A DNA stretch of 64,000 nt, from positions 1,581 to 65,580 of the forward strand of contig DARI01000008.1 in NCBI GenBank assembly GCA_002503285.1. The letters are read 5' to 3'. Within the stretch, counting starts at the first letter, position 1, and every line of letters starts with the position of its first letter. The notes beneath the pieces were generated by a model. That model did not search any database, was not told where the DNA came from, and was given only the letters and a program-made list of their open reading frames with translations. Positions 28,752-38,032 of this stretch are shown in pieces. The DNA comes from Euryarchaeota archaeon UBA557. Lineage in GTDB: Archaea > Thermoplasmatota > Poseidoniia > Poseidoniales > Thalassarchaeaceae. The position numbers were made by a program, and so were the translations under genes.

Positions 28752-29423
28752 TTGTTGGATGAAGTTCAAGTCCTCAGGGCTGGAATAATTGAACATAACA
28801 TAGTTTCCGATTTTATGAAAGTAATGCAAAAAAAGAGGATAAATGATGAAATAATTGATACAATAATTATTGTCGAACATCCTGAAATTGTTACAATTGG
28901 GGCTAAATCAAGACGAGAGGATGTACAAATAAGTAGTGATTACAAGAAAGTAGATGTCGATAGGGGCGGCGGAATTACATGGCATGGACCGGGGCAATTA
29001 GTAGTATATCCAATAATTAAATGGGGAACTAAGGAGCAAAGTATCAGAGAAATAATAGGAAAATTTGAACAATTAGTAATTACTTCATTATCAGATTGCG
29101 GTTTGAATGCATACCGTAATCCAGAGATGATGGGTGTTTGGATAGATGGTAAAAAGATTTGTTCGATTGGCTTGGCTTTTCTACACTGGGTCAGTAGACA
29201 TGGATTGGCCATAAATTACGCAACTCCTGGAAATAGAATAGAGGAGCTTGAGTGTTGTGGCTTGGAAAAGGGTACAACTACATCATTAGATAAATTAGGC
29301 CACACTCATGACAAGGAGGGCTGTAAAATAGACCGTTTAAGATTAGAAAATGCCATAATTTCTAATATTGAAAAAGCTTTAGAAAGGAAAGTAAAAGAAA
29401 TATTGCCTTGGAATATTAATTAA
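28752..29423 (+). CDS. lipB: Octanoyltransferase
   Basis: Motifs EHP..T.G, DRGGGITWHGPGQLVVYPI, GKKICSIG, S.HG.A.N, CG; TTG start. Confidence 0.92.
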   Translation: MLDEVQVLRAGIIEHNIVSDFMKVMQKKRINDEIIDTIIIVEHPEIVTIGAKSRREDVQISSDYKKVDVDRGGGITWHGPGQLVVYPIIKWGTKEQSIREIIGKFEQLVITSLSDCGLNAYRNPEMMGVWIDGKKICSIGLAFLHWVSRHGLAINYATPGNRIEELECCGLEKGTTTSLDKLGHTHDKEGCKIDRLRLENAIISNIEKALERKVKEILPWNIN

Positions 29424-29600
29424 AAAAAAATAAATATTAACTTCAAAAATATTACTTATACTGGAACTCTATGGAGTCAATATTTAATTATTAATTTACA
29501 AATATGATAATTAAATTTGATATAATTCCCAATTATGATGACTATTTGTTTCAATGAATACAAGCAATAGTTCAAAATGTATACTATGTACGCCATAATC

Positions 29601-30176
29601 ATGGCCAAAGCAGTTGTTGCAATAACAGGAGCATCTGGGGCTCAATATGCTGTCCGTTTAGTTAGGGCATTATTAGATGCTAATTGGGAAATAGATTTGA
29701 TAGTTACAAATGCTGGTGCGATAAATCTAAAACTCGAATGTTCCATTACTCCTGAAGAACTAGCAAATATTGAAGGGGTAACATTACATGATAATAAAAA
29801 TTTAGCTGCGAGGCCAGCTTCCGGATCTGCTAAATTCGATGCATACATAATATGCCCAACAAGTGGTACTACAATCGGCAAAATTGCAGCTGGGATTTCA
29901 GATAACTTAGCTACAAGGAGTGCACTAGTAGCATTAAAAGAAGGTAGAAAATTGATTTTAGTTCCACGAGAGACTCCTTTTGCAACTGTCCATTTAGAAG
30001 CAATGGCAAAGATGTCCTCATGGGGCGTTATAATTCTACCAGCGAGCCCGGGATTTTACCATAATCCTACTTCAATAGAAGAATTGATAGATTTTGTGGT
30101 GGCTAGAATATTAGATCAACTAGACATAGAACATAAGTTAGGTAAAAGATGGGATGGAACTGAAATCAATAGATAA
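29601..30176 (+). CDS. ubiX: Flavin prenyltransferase
   Basis: Motifs ITGASGA, ASGS, KIA.GISDNL..R, LVPRETP, PASPGFYH.P. Confidence 0.93.
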   Translation: MAKAVVAITGASGAQYAVRLVRALLDANWEIDLIVTNAGAINLKLECSITPEELANIEGVTLHDNKNLAARPASGSAKFDAYIICPTSGTTIGKIAAGISDNLATRSALVALKEGRKLILVPRETPFATVHLEAMAKMSSWGVIILPASPGFYHNPTSIEELIDFVVARILDQLDIEHKLGKRWDGTEINR

Positions 30177-30233
30177 ACTATTTATTAATAAATTTAACTT
30201 CCCCGTTATTGAAATTTAAATGTAGGAATTATT

Positions 30234-31955
30234 ATGAAAAATTGGCATGATATGTCCGTTAAGGAACTAAAATTAGAATTAAAAAATAATAATATGCCTT
30301 GTACGGGAAATAAAACTCAGCTCATAAAAAGACTAGAGGGCGAAACATTCATTGATGCAGAAATTATAGAGGAAAAAATAAATAAATATCACATAATAAA
30401 TATGATTACCGACAAATATGATTACATAAAGTCAATTCATTTCTCAACGTTATCGATAATAATAATTGTAATAATCGGGATGTCGGGAGGAGCACTATTA
30501 AATTCAGATAGAATACTAGATATCATAGGCGGAGAAGAAGATTATATTTTGATAGACTTTGATATAAACCAATCTAGAGAGTATGCACAAACTCTTGTTA
30601 ACCTCGGACATCCAGATTGGGAGGGAAGGCTATCAGGAACTATTGAAGAAAAAAATACTGCTGAATCGATAAAATATAATTTCTCAGAAATGAATATACC
30701 TTCAACGATTGAAGAGTTTAAAGTCCCCATGTTTGAACTAGGAAATCAATTTGAATTGTCATTATGTACTCCAGGAGATTTAGGAGGAATTTTAGCAGGC
30801 CCTACCCCATGTTCAATTGCAGATGCAAATAGGAATATAGTAGAATTTACACATACTGAAGATTACGTAATTCAAGGATACAGTGGTTCAATGGATATCA
30901 GATATGCAAGTGAAACTAATGTTATCGATTTAGGCGTAGGAAGTGCGGATAAAAATTGGGGCACAGCATCACAGGGAATAGGATTAGTATGGCTTAGAGA
31001 TTCAATAAATAATGAGTCTGCAACTGAGAACAACACAGTATTGTTTTTAAGAGCTCAAGAGAATCAATTATCAGGTTTAATTTTAATTAATGATAAAACA
31101 AATTGTGGAGAATTGATAGAAAATGATTGTGTGCCGTATTTTAAATCGTTAAATGTAGATTCTTTTAATAATCTTCCAGAAAGCATTGGTTTCTTAATGG
31201 CATCAAAAAGTGTTGGAGAGTATATTGTAAATGAAGTAGTTAATGGGAATTCAAGGATACAGATGATTGTCGATGTTCAAAATCAGGGGACTGGGACAAT
31301 ATATGTCCCTTGTGGGATAATAGAAGGTAAAACGGATAAATTAATTATTTTTGGGGCGCATCACGACACAGTATATAATGGCCAAGGAGCAATTGATAAT
31401 ACGGCAGGAGTCGCCACTCTTCAAGAAATTTCTAGACAATTTAGTGAAATATTAGTTGAAATCGGCGAGCCTGAATATACCTTATGGTTCTGTACCTGGG
31501 GGGGCGAAGAAGAAGGATTGTTAGGGTCTAGCGAATGGGTAAAAAAACATCAGAATAGATTAGAAAAAGATCTGAGACTGTATATCAATTTAGATATGAA
31601 TCACATAGACTTAGAAAGAAATACTGGAGTAACTTTATTTGGAAATAACAATAATGACATATCTCATATTAATAAAATAGTTAAGACCTTTAGGGATGAG
31701 TATAGTAACATATACGATAAATACGAAATTAATGTAATGCTTTTAGATTCTGAAGAAATGCCCAAGAATTCCGATCATGCCCCGTTTGTTTATGAAATTA
31801 GTGAAGATAAATTTGGGAATTCTTTGGTTTGTTATGGCTCTGGCTCATCAGAGTATCACACATATTTAGATACGATGGATAGATTTAACGAAGAAAGTTT
31901 AGCATTATCGGGAATTATTTATGGTAGCTTTGTAAGATATTTATCATATAAATAA
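30234..31955 (+). CDS. Membrane-anchored M28 aminopeptidase with N-terminal SAP domain and a PA-like insert
   Basis: SAP motif MSVKELKLELKNNNMPCTGNKTQLIKRL; TM at about aa 72-90; M28 ligands GAHHDT, GAIDNTAG, GEEEGLLGS, NLDM, SDH, YHT..D. Confidence 0.85.
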   Translation: MKNWHDMSVKELKLELKNNNMPCTGNKTQLIKRLEGETFIDAEIIEEKINKYHIINMITDKYDYIKSIHFSTLSIIIIVIIGMSGGALLNSDRILDIIGGEEDYILIDFDINQSREYAQTLVNLGHPDWEGRLSGTIEEKNTAESIKYNFSEMNIPSTIEEFKVPMFELGNQFELSLCTPGDLGGILAGPTPCSIADANRNIVEFTHTEDYVIQGYSGSMDIRYASETNVIDLGVGSADKNWGTASQGIGLVWLRDSINNESATENNTVLFLRAQENQLSGLILINDKTNCGELIENDCVPYFKSLNVDSFNNLPESIGFLMASKSVGEYIVNEVVNGNSRIQMIVDVQNQGTGTIYVPCGIIEGKTDKLIIFGAHHDTVYNGQGAIDNTAGVATLQEISRQFSEILVEIGEPEYTLWFCTWGGEEEGLLGSSEWVKKHQNRLEKDLRLYINLDMNHIDLERNTGVTLFGNNNNDISHINKIVKTFRDEYSNIYDKYEINVMLLDSEEMPKNSDHAPFVYEISEDKFGNSLVCYGSGSSEYHTYLDTMDRFNEESLALSGIIYGSFVRYLSYK

Positions 31956-31957
31956 CA

Positions 31958-33700
31958 CTACATTTCTTCGGGGCATTCTATTCCCAATAATTCCATCCCT
32001 AAATTTAAAGTCCTAGCAGTTAAATCACATAGTGCCAACCTACTATGCATGATTTCTATGTTTTCGGACTTCAAAACCTGGCAATTTTCATAAAATGAAG
32101 CAAATGAGGATGCTAATGAATATAAATAATTACATAATTTATGAGGAGAATAATTAGCCATAGTTTCTTCCAAATGGCTAGAAAATGCAATTAGCCTCCT
32201 GGAAAGAAGTTCTTCTTCTTTCTCAAGAATATTAAATTTAGAATTACGGGAAACATTTCTAGATATATTTGATTTAGAAAATATGCTACAAATTCTAGCA
32301 TGTGCATATTGTAAATAAGGTGATGTATTGCCCTCGAAGGATAACATTTTGTCCCAATTGAAAATATAATCTTTGGATCTTTCAGTAGATAAATCAGCAT
32401 ATTTGACTGCACCTATACCTATCATTTTGGCTACCTTATTACGTTCATTAGATTTTAATGAAGGATTTTTATCTTTTATTGTGGCCTCTGCTCTTGAAAT
32501 TGATTCCAATAATAGATCTACTAATTTGATAGTATTGCCTTCCCTACTTTTGAATATTTTTCCATCTGGTCCTAGTACTGAACCAAAATTTACATGTACT
32601 AAATTATGATTTTCGTTAATCAAGCCTGCCATTTCAGCAATATCGAAAACCATTTCAAAATGTTGTTTTTGAGGAGTCCCAACAACGTAAAGAAAATCAT
32701 TAATTCTTAAATTTTCAGCCCTATCTATGATACAAGCCAGATCAGTGGCTGAATAGTTATATCCTCCGTCACCTTTTCGAATAATCATGGGCATTTCTTT
32801 ACCTTCTCTGTTAATCCATTTTTTCCTAGGAAAAACGACTTCTGCGCCATCACTTTCAACCAGAATATTGGCATCTTTAAGTCGTTCAATTACAACTGGT
32901 AATAAATCATGATAAGAGGATTCTCCTTTGATATCCTCATCGACCAGTAAAACATTCAGCATTGAATATACTTCATTAAAATAACGCATTGACTCGGAAA
33001 CCAAAATTTTCCATAATCTTAATGTTCCAGAATCACCACTTTGCAATAGTACAACTCTATTTCTGGATCTTTGTGCAAAGTCATTTGAGGAATTAAACTT
33101 AGATCTGGCTTGTTTGTAAAATCCATCTAAATCACCAACATTGAGTTCATTTGCTGCTTCACCTTCACCCATATCCAAAAGGTGCTCTATTAACATGCCA
33201 AATGGGGTACCCCAATCACCAATATGATTCTCCCTAATGACAGTATGGCCTTTAAATAATAATATCCTAACTATGGAATCACCTATAACAGTGGAACGAA
33301 GATGACCTACATGCATTTCTTTAGCAACATTAGGTGCAGAATAGTCAACTGCTATTTTACGATTATCTTCTTCAGGAATTCCCAATCTTGAGTCGGATGA
33401 TATTTCATAGAGTTTTGACCCCATCCAATCATTTGTAGCTTGAACGTTTATGAAACCATTCATACATGATATTATAGCAATTTCCGATAAATCTTTAGAA
33501 AGTAAATCAATTATATCTGACGATATTTGAAGAGGTGATTTTTTGAGAATTTTAGATAAAGAGTGACAGGGCAGTGCAACATCTGCATGGCCTTCTTTTG
33601 TAGCTGGTGCGAGAAGGTTGGCCCAAATATCTTCTTCTACACCTAGTTTAGAAAAAACTTCATCAAAAAATGGATAGATTTCTTTTATCAATATTTGCAA
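31958..33700 (-). CDS. argS: Arginine-tRNA ligase
   Basis: Motifs DYSAPNVAKEMHVGHLRST, HIGDWGT, FKSREG, GNTSPYLQYAHAR, C-terminal PEEM. Confidence 0.97.
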   Translation of the reverse strand: MQILIKEIYPFFDEVFSKLGVEEDIWANLLAPATKEGHADVALPCHSLSKILKKSPLQISSDIIDLLSKDLSEIAIISCMNGFINVQATNDWMGSKLYEISSDSRLGIPEEDNRKIAVDYSAPNVAKEMHVGHLRSTVIGDSIVRILLFKGHTVIRENHIGDWGTPFGMLIEHLLDMGEGEAANELNVGDLDGFYKQARSKFNSSNDFAQRSRNRVVLLQSGDSGTLRLWKILVSESMRYFNEVYSMLNVLLVDEDIKGESSYHDLLPVVIERLKDANILVESDGAEVVFPRKKWINREGKEMPMIIRKGDGGYNYSATDLACIIDRAENLRINDFLYVVGTPQKQHFEMVFDIAEMAGLINENHNLVHVNFGSVLGPDGKIFKSREGNTIKLVDLLLESISRAEATIKDKNPSLKSNERNKVAKMIGIGAVKYADLSTERSKDYIFNWDKMLSFEGNTSPYLQYAHARICSIFSKSNISRNVSRNSKFNILEKEEELLSRRLIAFSSHLEETMANYSPHKLCNYLYSLASSFASFYENCQVLKSENIEIMHSRLALCDLTARTLNLGMELLGIECPEEM

Positions 33701-33709
33701 AAAAATTCC

Positions 33710-34960
33710 TCATGACCATGAATATCTCAAGAGGGCTGCTATACCTCCAAATGCTGCATTGAGAGTTGCCCCCTCTTCAGTATCTAAAGATACTAACCTT
33801 ACTTTAGAAGAAGTACGTGCCGCTAAAAGTGAAAGCTCATCTATTAAATCGATAGTTTTATCAGGATTGTTGATGACATCATCGGAGGATTTACATTTAG
33901 GACATTTAGGAATCTCAGATCGATTATTTTGAGTCGATTCCCAGATTTCTTTACACTTTTTACATGACCATTCCACTCTACGTTTTGATAATGCTTCAGA
34001 CAGAAGTAATGTTTCAACTGCGCCTTGTTCTAATGCTGAACGAATCATTACTTCTCCATACGTTGCTTTTGGATTAGTTTGCATTACTTCCCTAAGAAAA
34101 TTATCAACTAATTTTCTTTCGACATCCAATTCAATCTGATCCATTAGCCCTCCTGCCCTTTGTATGAGTTCCCTCAGGCCACTTTCATTGGAATATCCAA
34201 CATCAAAATAAGGCTCTCTGATGAGTTTTGTAATCTCATGATGGAAGTAATCATTTCTAATTACAAAATCTTTTGTAGCACCTGGGCCCCCAATTATTAT
34301 TCCTTTCAAATTATCAATCATAGGTAACCAATAAGCACATGCCCTTTCAGCAGATTTTTTGAAGAATTTATGCGCTGCTTCTTCAATCAATCTTTCGAAT
34401 CTTTGAGCAGATTGCCCTCCCCTTCCATGTTTTGAAGGGACCAAAGAAGTCACATGTTCTTGGCAATGTAATCTTTTTCCAGATGCTAATCCATATGCGG
34501 CCTCTGAACGATCTATTACAAACAAACCATATGCCGTCCTGTCAATTAACATTTCTTCAAGTTGACTAACTTCAAAGGACGAGTCGCACCTATATCTGGA
34601 AGAAGTGAAGGGTTCATGAGGATCATCAATTACTGTAGAAATTAATCGAGTTTTATTATTTCCCACAATTACGTGTCCAACAAATATTGCAATTCCGCTT
34701 ATACCAGGTGTCTTGTATCTGTTAAGAGTAGACAAAGCTGATTCTATTGCATCGGTAACATGTTTTTTTGTAGATTTAGATTTAATATTGGCTGCTTGAC
34801 CTGCCTCTTGGGATAACTGATGCCTTACATCACTTATCATCTTATCAGGAGGTATGATGACCGTCACTAATTCAGTCCCCATACCCTTCATCTGTGAAAG
34901 TTCTTCAAGGGTTTTTTTAAGTTTTAATCTGCGCTGTTGTGTTTCTAAATCTTCAGCCAT
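33710..34960 (-). CDS. prf1: Archaeal peptide chain release factor aRF1 with Zn-ribbon insert
   Basis: Motifs GTELVT, NIKS, YRCDSSF, HGRGGQSAQRF, CKKC..CPKC, FGGIAALLRY; start ATG 34960. Confidence 0.96.
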   Translation of the reverse strand: MAEDLETQQRRLKLKKTLEELSQMKGMGTELVTVIIPPDKMISDVRHQLSQEAGQAANIKSKSTKKHVTDAIESALSTLNRYKTPGISGIAIFVGHVIVGNNKTRLISTVIDDPHEPFTSSRYRCDSSFEVSQLEEMLIDRTAYGLFVIDRSEAAYGLASGKRLHCQEHVTSLVPSKHGRGGQSAQRFERLIEEAAHKFFKKSAERACAYWLPMIDNLKGIIIGGPGATKDFVIRNDYFHHEITKLIREPYFDVGYSNESGLRELIQRAGGLMDQIELDVERKLVDNFLREVMQTNPKATYGEVMIRSALEQGAVETLLLSEALSKRRVEWSCKKCKEIWESTQNNRSEIPKCPKCKSSDDVINNPDKTIDLIDELSLLAARTSSKVRLVSLDTEEGATLNAAFGGIAALLRYSWS

Positions 34961-35058
34961 AGACGCCCCTCTGTGAATTGTCGCAGGGGACTGCATTTCA
35001 ACCCTTCAGCCTATTGAGAGCATAGAACTTGAAAGGGAGTATCTTCTTCCCTCGCCTA

Positions 35059-35760
35059 ATGGGGACCATCGTGGCTGCATTGGGAGGAAGTTTATTGCGC
35101 CCAGAAATTGTAATGCGCGAAATTTGGCTTACTGAATTAGTTGACATCATAGGTAAAATAGTCAATAATGGGACAAAAATAGGCCTCGTAGTTGGCGGAG
35201 GTAGTCCGGCCAGAGAAAGCATCGATTTGGTAAAGCCATTAATCAGCAATGTTGGTGCATTAGATAAAATTGGAATAGCAGCCACTCGTTTAAATGCAAC
35301 TATAATTAAAGAAGTTCTTATTGAAGCGGGGATTTCTACTTGTAGTACAGTTCCGGATTCTATCGAGGTGGCAGTTAGTTTGATGATGGATTTTGATGTA
35401 GTAGTAATGGGAGGCACACAACCTGGACATACAACAGATAATGTAGCCATAAAATTAGCAGTTGCAACTAATTCATCAAAATGTATCATTGCAACGAATG
35501 TATCGAAAGTATATGATAAAGATCCGAGAAAGAATTCGGATGCTCGTTCCTTTGATTCTTTATCATTATTCGATTTACAAAATATAGTTGGACCGCCTGA
35601 ACATTTTCGAGCAGGAGATTCACAAGTTGTTGATCCAATTGGAGTTGAGTGTGCAATAGTCAATAAGATGGAATTAAATATTTTAGATGGTAGAAAAATA
35701 AATAATTTAAAAAACTCTATGGAAGGAAGTAATTTTGAAGGCACAATAGTAAGTTGGTGA
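35059..35760 (+). CDS. pyrH: Archaeal-type uridylate kinase
   Basis: Motifs LGGS, VVGGG..AR, D.IGI.ATRLNA, GGTQPGHTTD.VA, ATNV..VY.KDP, VVDP. Confidence 0.92.
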   Translation: MGTIVAALGGSLLRPEIVMREIWLTELVDIIGKIVNNGTKIGLVVGGGSPARESIDLVKPLISNVGALDKIGIAATRLNATIIKEVLIEAGISTCSTVPDSIEVAVSLMMDFDVVVMGGTQPGHTTDNVAIKLAVATNSSKCIIATNVSKVYDKDPRKNSDARSFDSLSLFDLQNIVGPPEHFRAGDSQVVDPIGVECAIVNKMELNILDGRKINNLKNSMEGSNFEGTIVSW

Positions 35761-35764
35761 TTTT

Positions 35765-36061
35765 TTGAGTCGTAAAGATACTATTTTAAGAGCAGCACAA
35801 AGAACTGCTAAGGAAGCTAGAAATAATGCATCGAGAAAAATGAAAATGAAAGATGAAGTAAGTATATCGCCACATAGACATTGCTCAATTTGTTGGAAAC
35901 CCGTTCCATTGGAAAGGGATCCTCCGGTATGTAATGCCGATAAGTGCTCTAATTCGTGGATAAAGAAGGATAAAGCACGAAAGAGGTTGACAATAATGAT
36001 GTATCTATTTCCAGCAATTGCAATATTTTTCTTAATCTTAAATATGCAACAAACTAACTAA
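35765..36061 (+). CDS. DUF2116-family Zn-ribbon membrane protein
   Basis: PHRHCSICWKPVP....C...C followed by a C-terminal TM; TTG start after SD GGTGA. Confidence 0.8.
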   Translation: MSRKDTILRAAQRTAKEARNNASRKMKMKDEVSISPHRHCSICWKPVPLERDPPVCNADKCSNSWIKKDKARKRLTIMMYLFPAIAIFFLILNMQQTN

Positions 36062-36657
36062 TGCGAGGATATAATATGATGAAAATATTATCCATATTTC
36101 CAGGATTTGTTGGGGCAATATGCATATTAATATTATTGGGAAGTATAATTGGATTTTCCCATCAAGAAAAAATATATGATATACCCATTGTTCCATGTAG
36201 TGATGATGCGGACATAGGTTGCAGAATTGGGATGACAAGTTCGGACATTAATGTTCCAAATGCGTTCAAATTATTACAAATTGAAGTTGATGTAAATTGG
36301 GGGGAACCTGATAGAAGTTGGTTTGGAGTCATAAATAAATATCCAGAGGCCTGTGAACCAGATAGTAATGGATTAACTAACTGTACTGAAGGAGATTTTG
36401 AAGGATTAATAATAGCAGGAGGATCAGATTCTGAAGGTAATTTGAAATTTGATATGCACCCTAACAAATATAGATTCATAACTGGAGGCAAGGATGGTGC
36501 AACAATTAGTAATCAAGATGTAACCTTAGATATCAAAGTTTCATTAAATTCAATAATAGAGATTTTACTGGCTGTAGTTGGATTATTTTTATTCATTGGC
36601 GCCACCGAAATGGCATTTCCTATAAAAAAATGGTTTGAAAAATTTAGGAATACTTAA
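36061..36657 (+). CDS. Hypothetical membrane protein (two TM helices around a Cys-containing extracellular beta domain)
   Basis: Hydrophobic segments at both ends; coupled to the upstream gene by a TAATG overlap. Confidence 0.6.
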   Translation: MRGYNMMKILSIFPGFVGAICILILLGSIIGFSHQEKIYDIPIVPCSDDADIGCRIGMTSSDINVPNAFKLLQIEVDVNWGEPDRSWFGVINKYPEACEPDSNGLTNCTEGDFEGLIIAGGSDSEGNLKFDMHPNKYRFITGGKDGATISNQDVTLDIKVSLNSIIEILLAVVGLFLFIGATEMAFPIKKWFEKFRNT

Positions 36658-36706
36658 TTTTTGTAAATACAGCATCTTTGAATAACTAATTCACAGTGGG
36701 CGCGAC

Positions 36707-36826
36707 ATGCTCGAACATAATTGTCCGAACTGTGGAAGTAAAAAAGAGATAAGTGGCCTAGATAGATCCGTAGGTGGCTATCAAATATTTTGTACCACTT
36801 GTGGCCATAATTGGAGAATTTTATAA
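36707..36826 (+). CDS. 39-aa CPxCG-type zinc-finger microprotein
   Basis: Manual translation MLEHNCPNCGSKKEISGLDRSVGGYQIFCTTCGHNWRIL; two CxxC knuckles; TTTGAAT box 30 nt upstream of the ATG. Confidence 0.75.
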   Translation: MLEHNCPNCGSKKEISGLDRSVGGYQIFCTTCGHNWRIL

Positions 36827-37915
36827 ATATTTATCTTCATCATAACGGCGAAGAATTTCTTGTGTTGAACCTAATGGCTTAATCGAGTCGTCTTGCCTGT
36901 GCCAATGTTCTGGTAATTCTAATGGATTAGGAATTATATCTGCGCCTATTTCTTTTATCATTTGCGACTTTAGTTCTTCAATTCCTATGCCTGATTCGGC
37001 ACTTATGCAATATTCAAAGTTATCAGGAATTTCATCAAAAAGATCTATTTTTGTGTGTATTATCAATAATGGCTTTCCAGATATTGCTCTTTTTACTTCT
37101 TTCAATAAATTTAATTGTTCCTCCAGAGGAGTTGTTGCACTTTCGGTTGCATCAATTAGGAATAATAATAAATTACCCACATTTTCTAAAGCCGCTATTG
37201 CTTGCATCTCAATATTATTCCTCTCATACATTGGCCTATCCAGTAAACCAGGAGTATCCACTATCTGGTAAGCCCGTCTACGATGATAAAAATGGCCTAA
37301 ATGTAATTGCTTAGTAGTAAATGGATATGATGCAACTTCAGGTTCACCCGATGAAAGGGCATTAATCATAGCAGATTTTCCAACATTTGGGGAGCCAGCA
37401 ACTACAATACATGGTTCAAGAGAATCTATTGCTGGTAATTTTCTTAAAACATTTCTTGCATCTCCTAACCACACTATCGGAGAAGCAATTTGGTCAATAA
37501 TGGAAGAAAAGCGACCATAGGCATGTCTCCTTGCTTTATGAAATCCATCAATGTCCCTCAGATGTAATATATTCCGTTGTGAATCTAAGGAAATTTTGAT
37601 GACTTTTTCTGATGCCCATTGCAAGGCTGCTAAATTCTTCTTATAGTCATCTGAACCTACTGCCGCATCCACTAATGCTTGATCAAAATCAGATAATGCA
37701 TTCAGACTTGGCCATTTAGAAACGTAAGCAAGAAGTGTTGAAGATATCACATCAGATGCAGATTGAATCATCCTATTCATTTGTTTTCGTACACGATGAT
37801 ATTTATCAGGATCTTCCACCATATCGGCTTGTTTACTCGCCCTAGAGAACGCTTTATCAATAATTTCTTGAGGATATAATACAGTAGGTATAGATCGCCA
37901 TTCAACTGATGCCAT
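36821..37915 (-). CDS. Nog1-family GTP-binding protein
   Basis: Motifs GSPNVGKS, EVASYPFTTK, DTPGLLDRP..ERNNIEMQAI.AL, TKID, ISA. Confidence 0.92.
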   Translation of the reverse strand: MASVEWRSIPTVLYPQEIIDKAFSRASKQADMVEDPDKYHRVRKQMNRMIQSASDVISSTLLAYVSKWPSLNALSDFDQALVDAAVGSDDYKKNLAALQWASEKVIKISLDSQRNILHLRDIDGFHKARRHAYGRFSSIIDQIASPIVWLGDARNVLRKLPAIDSLEPCIVVAGSPNVGKSAMINALSSGEPEVASYPFTTKQLHLGHFYHRRRAYQIVDTPGLLDRPMYERNNIEMQAIAALENVGNLLLFLIDATESATTPLEEQLNLLKEVKRAISGKPLLIIHTKIDLFDEIPDNFEYCISAESGIGIEELKSQMIKEIGADIIPNPLELPEHWHRQDDSIKPLGSTQEILRRYDEDKYL

Positions 37916-38032
37916 ATGACTCCCTCAAGTGAGTGGTCACACGCATAACACTTGAAATCATTAGTCAATTTATGTGCTTAAGACGAATATATACCCGTCT
38001 TCTTTTTTTACAAACACACTGTCGAGGCAGAT

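Noticed and set aside
21265-29600. Possible genomic island integrated at tRNA-Leu carrying the bacterial-like fol/lip/bkd genes
   Set aside because: No integrase, no duplicated tRNA 3' end noticed and no obvious compositional shift; any transfer appears ancient.
29424-29600. AT-rich spacer as a replication origin (also 59887-60008)
   Set aside because: No ORB-like repeats with G-strings and no cdc6/orc1 gene nearby.
33880-33970. Zn-ribbon (CKKC/CPKC) insert in aRF1
   Set aside because: Already known in many archaeal aRF1 proteins; not unusual.
34998-35744. 248-aa minus-strand ORF
   Set aside because: Antisense shadow of pyrH, which has all family motifs; the shadow has no recognisable features.
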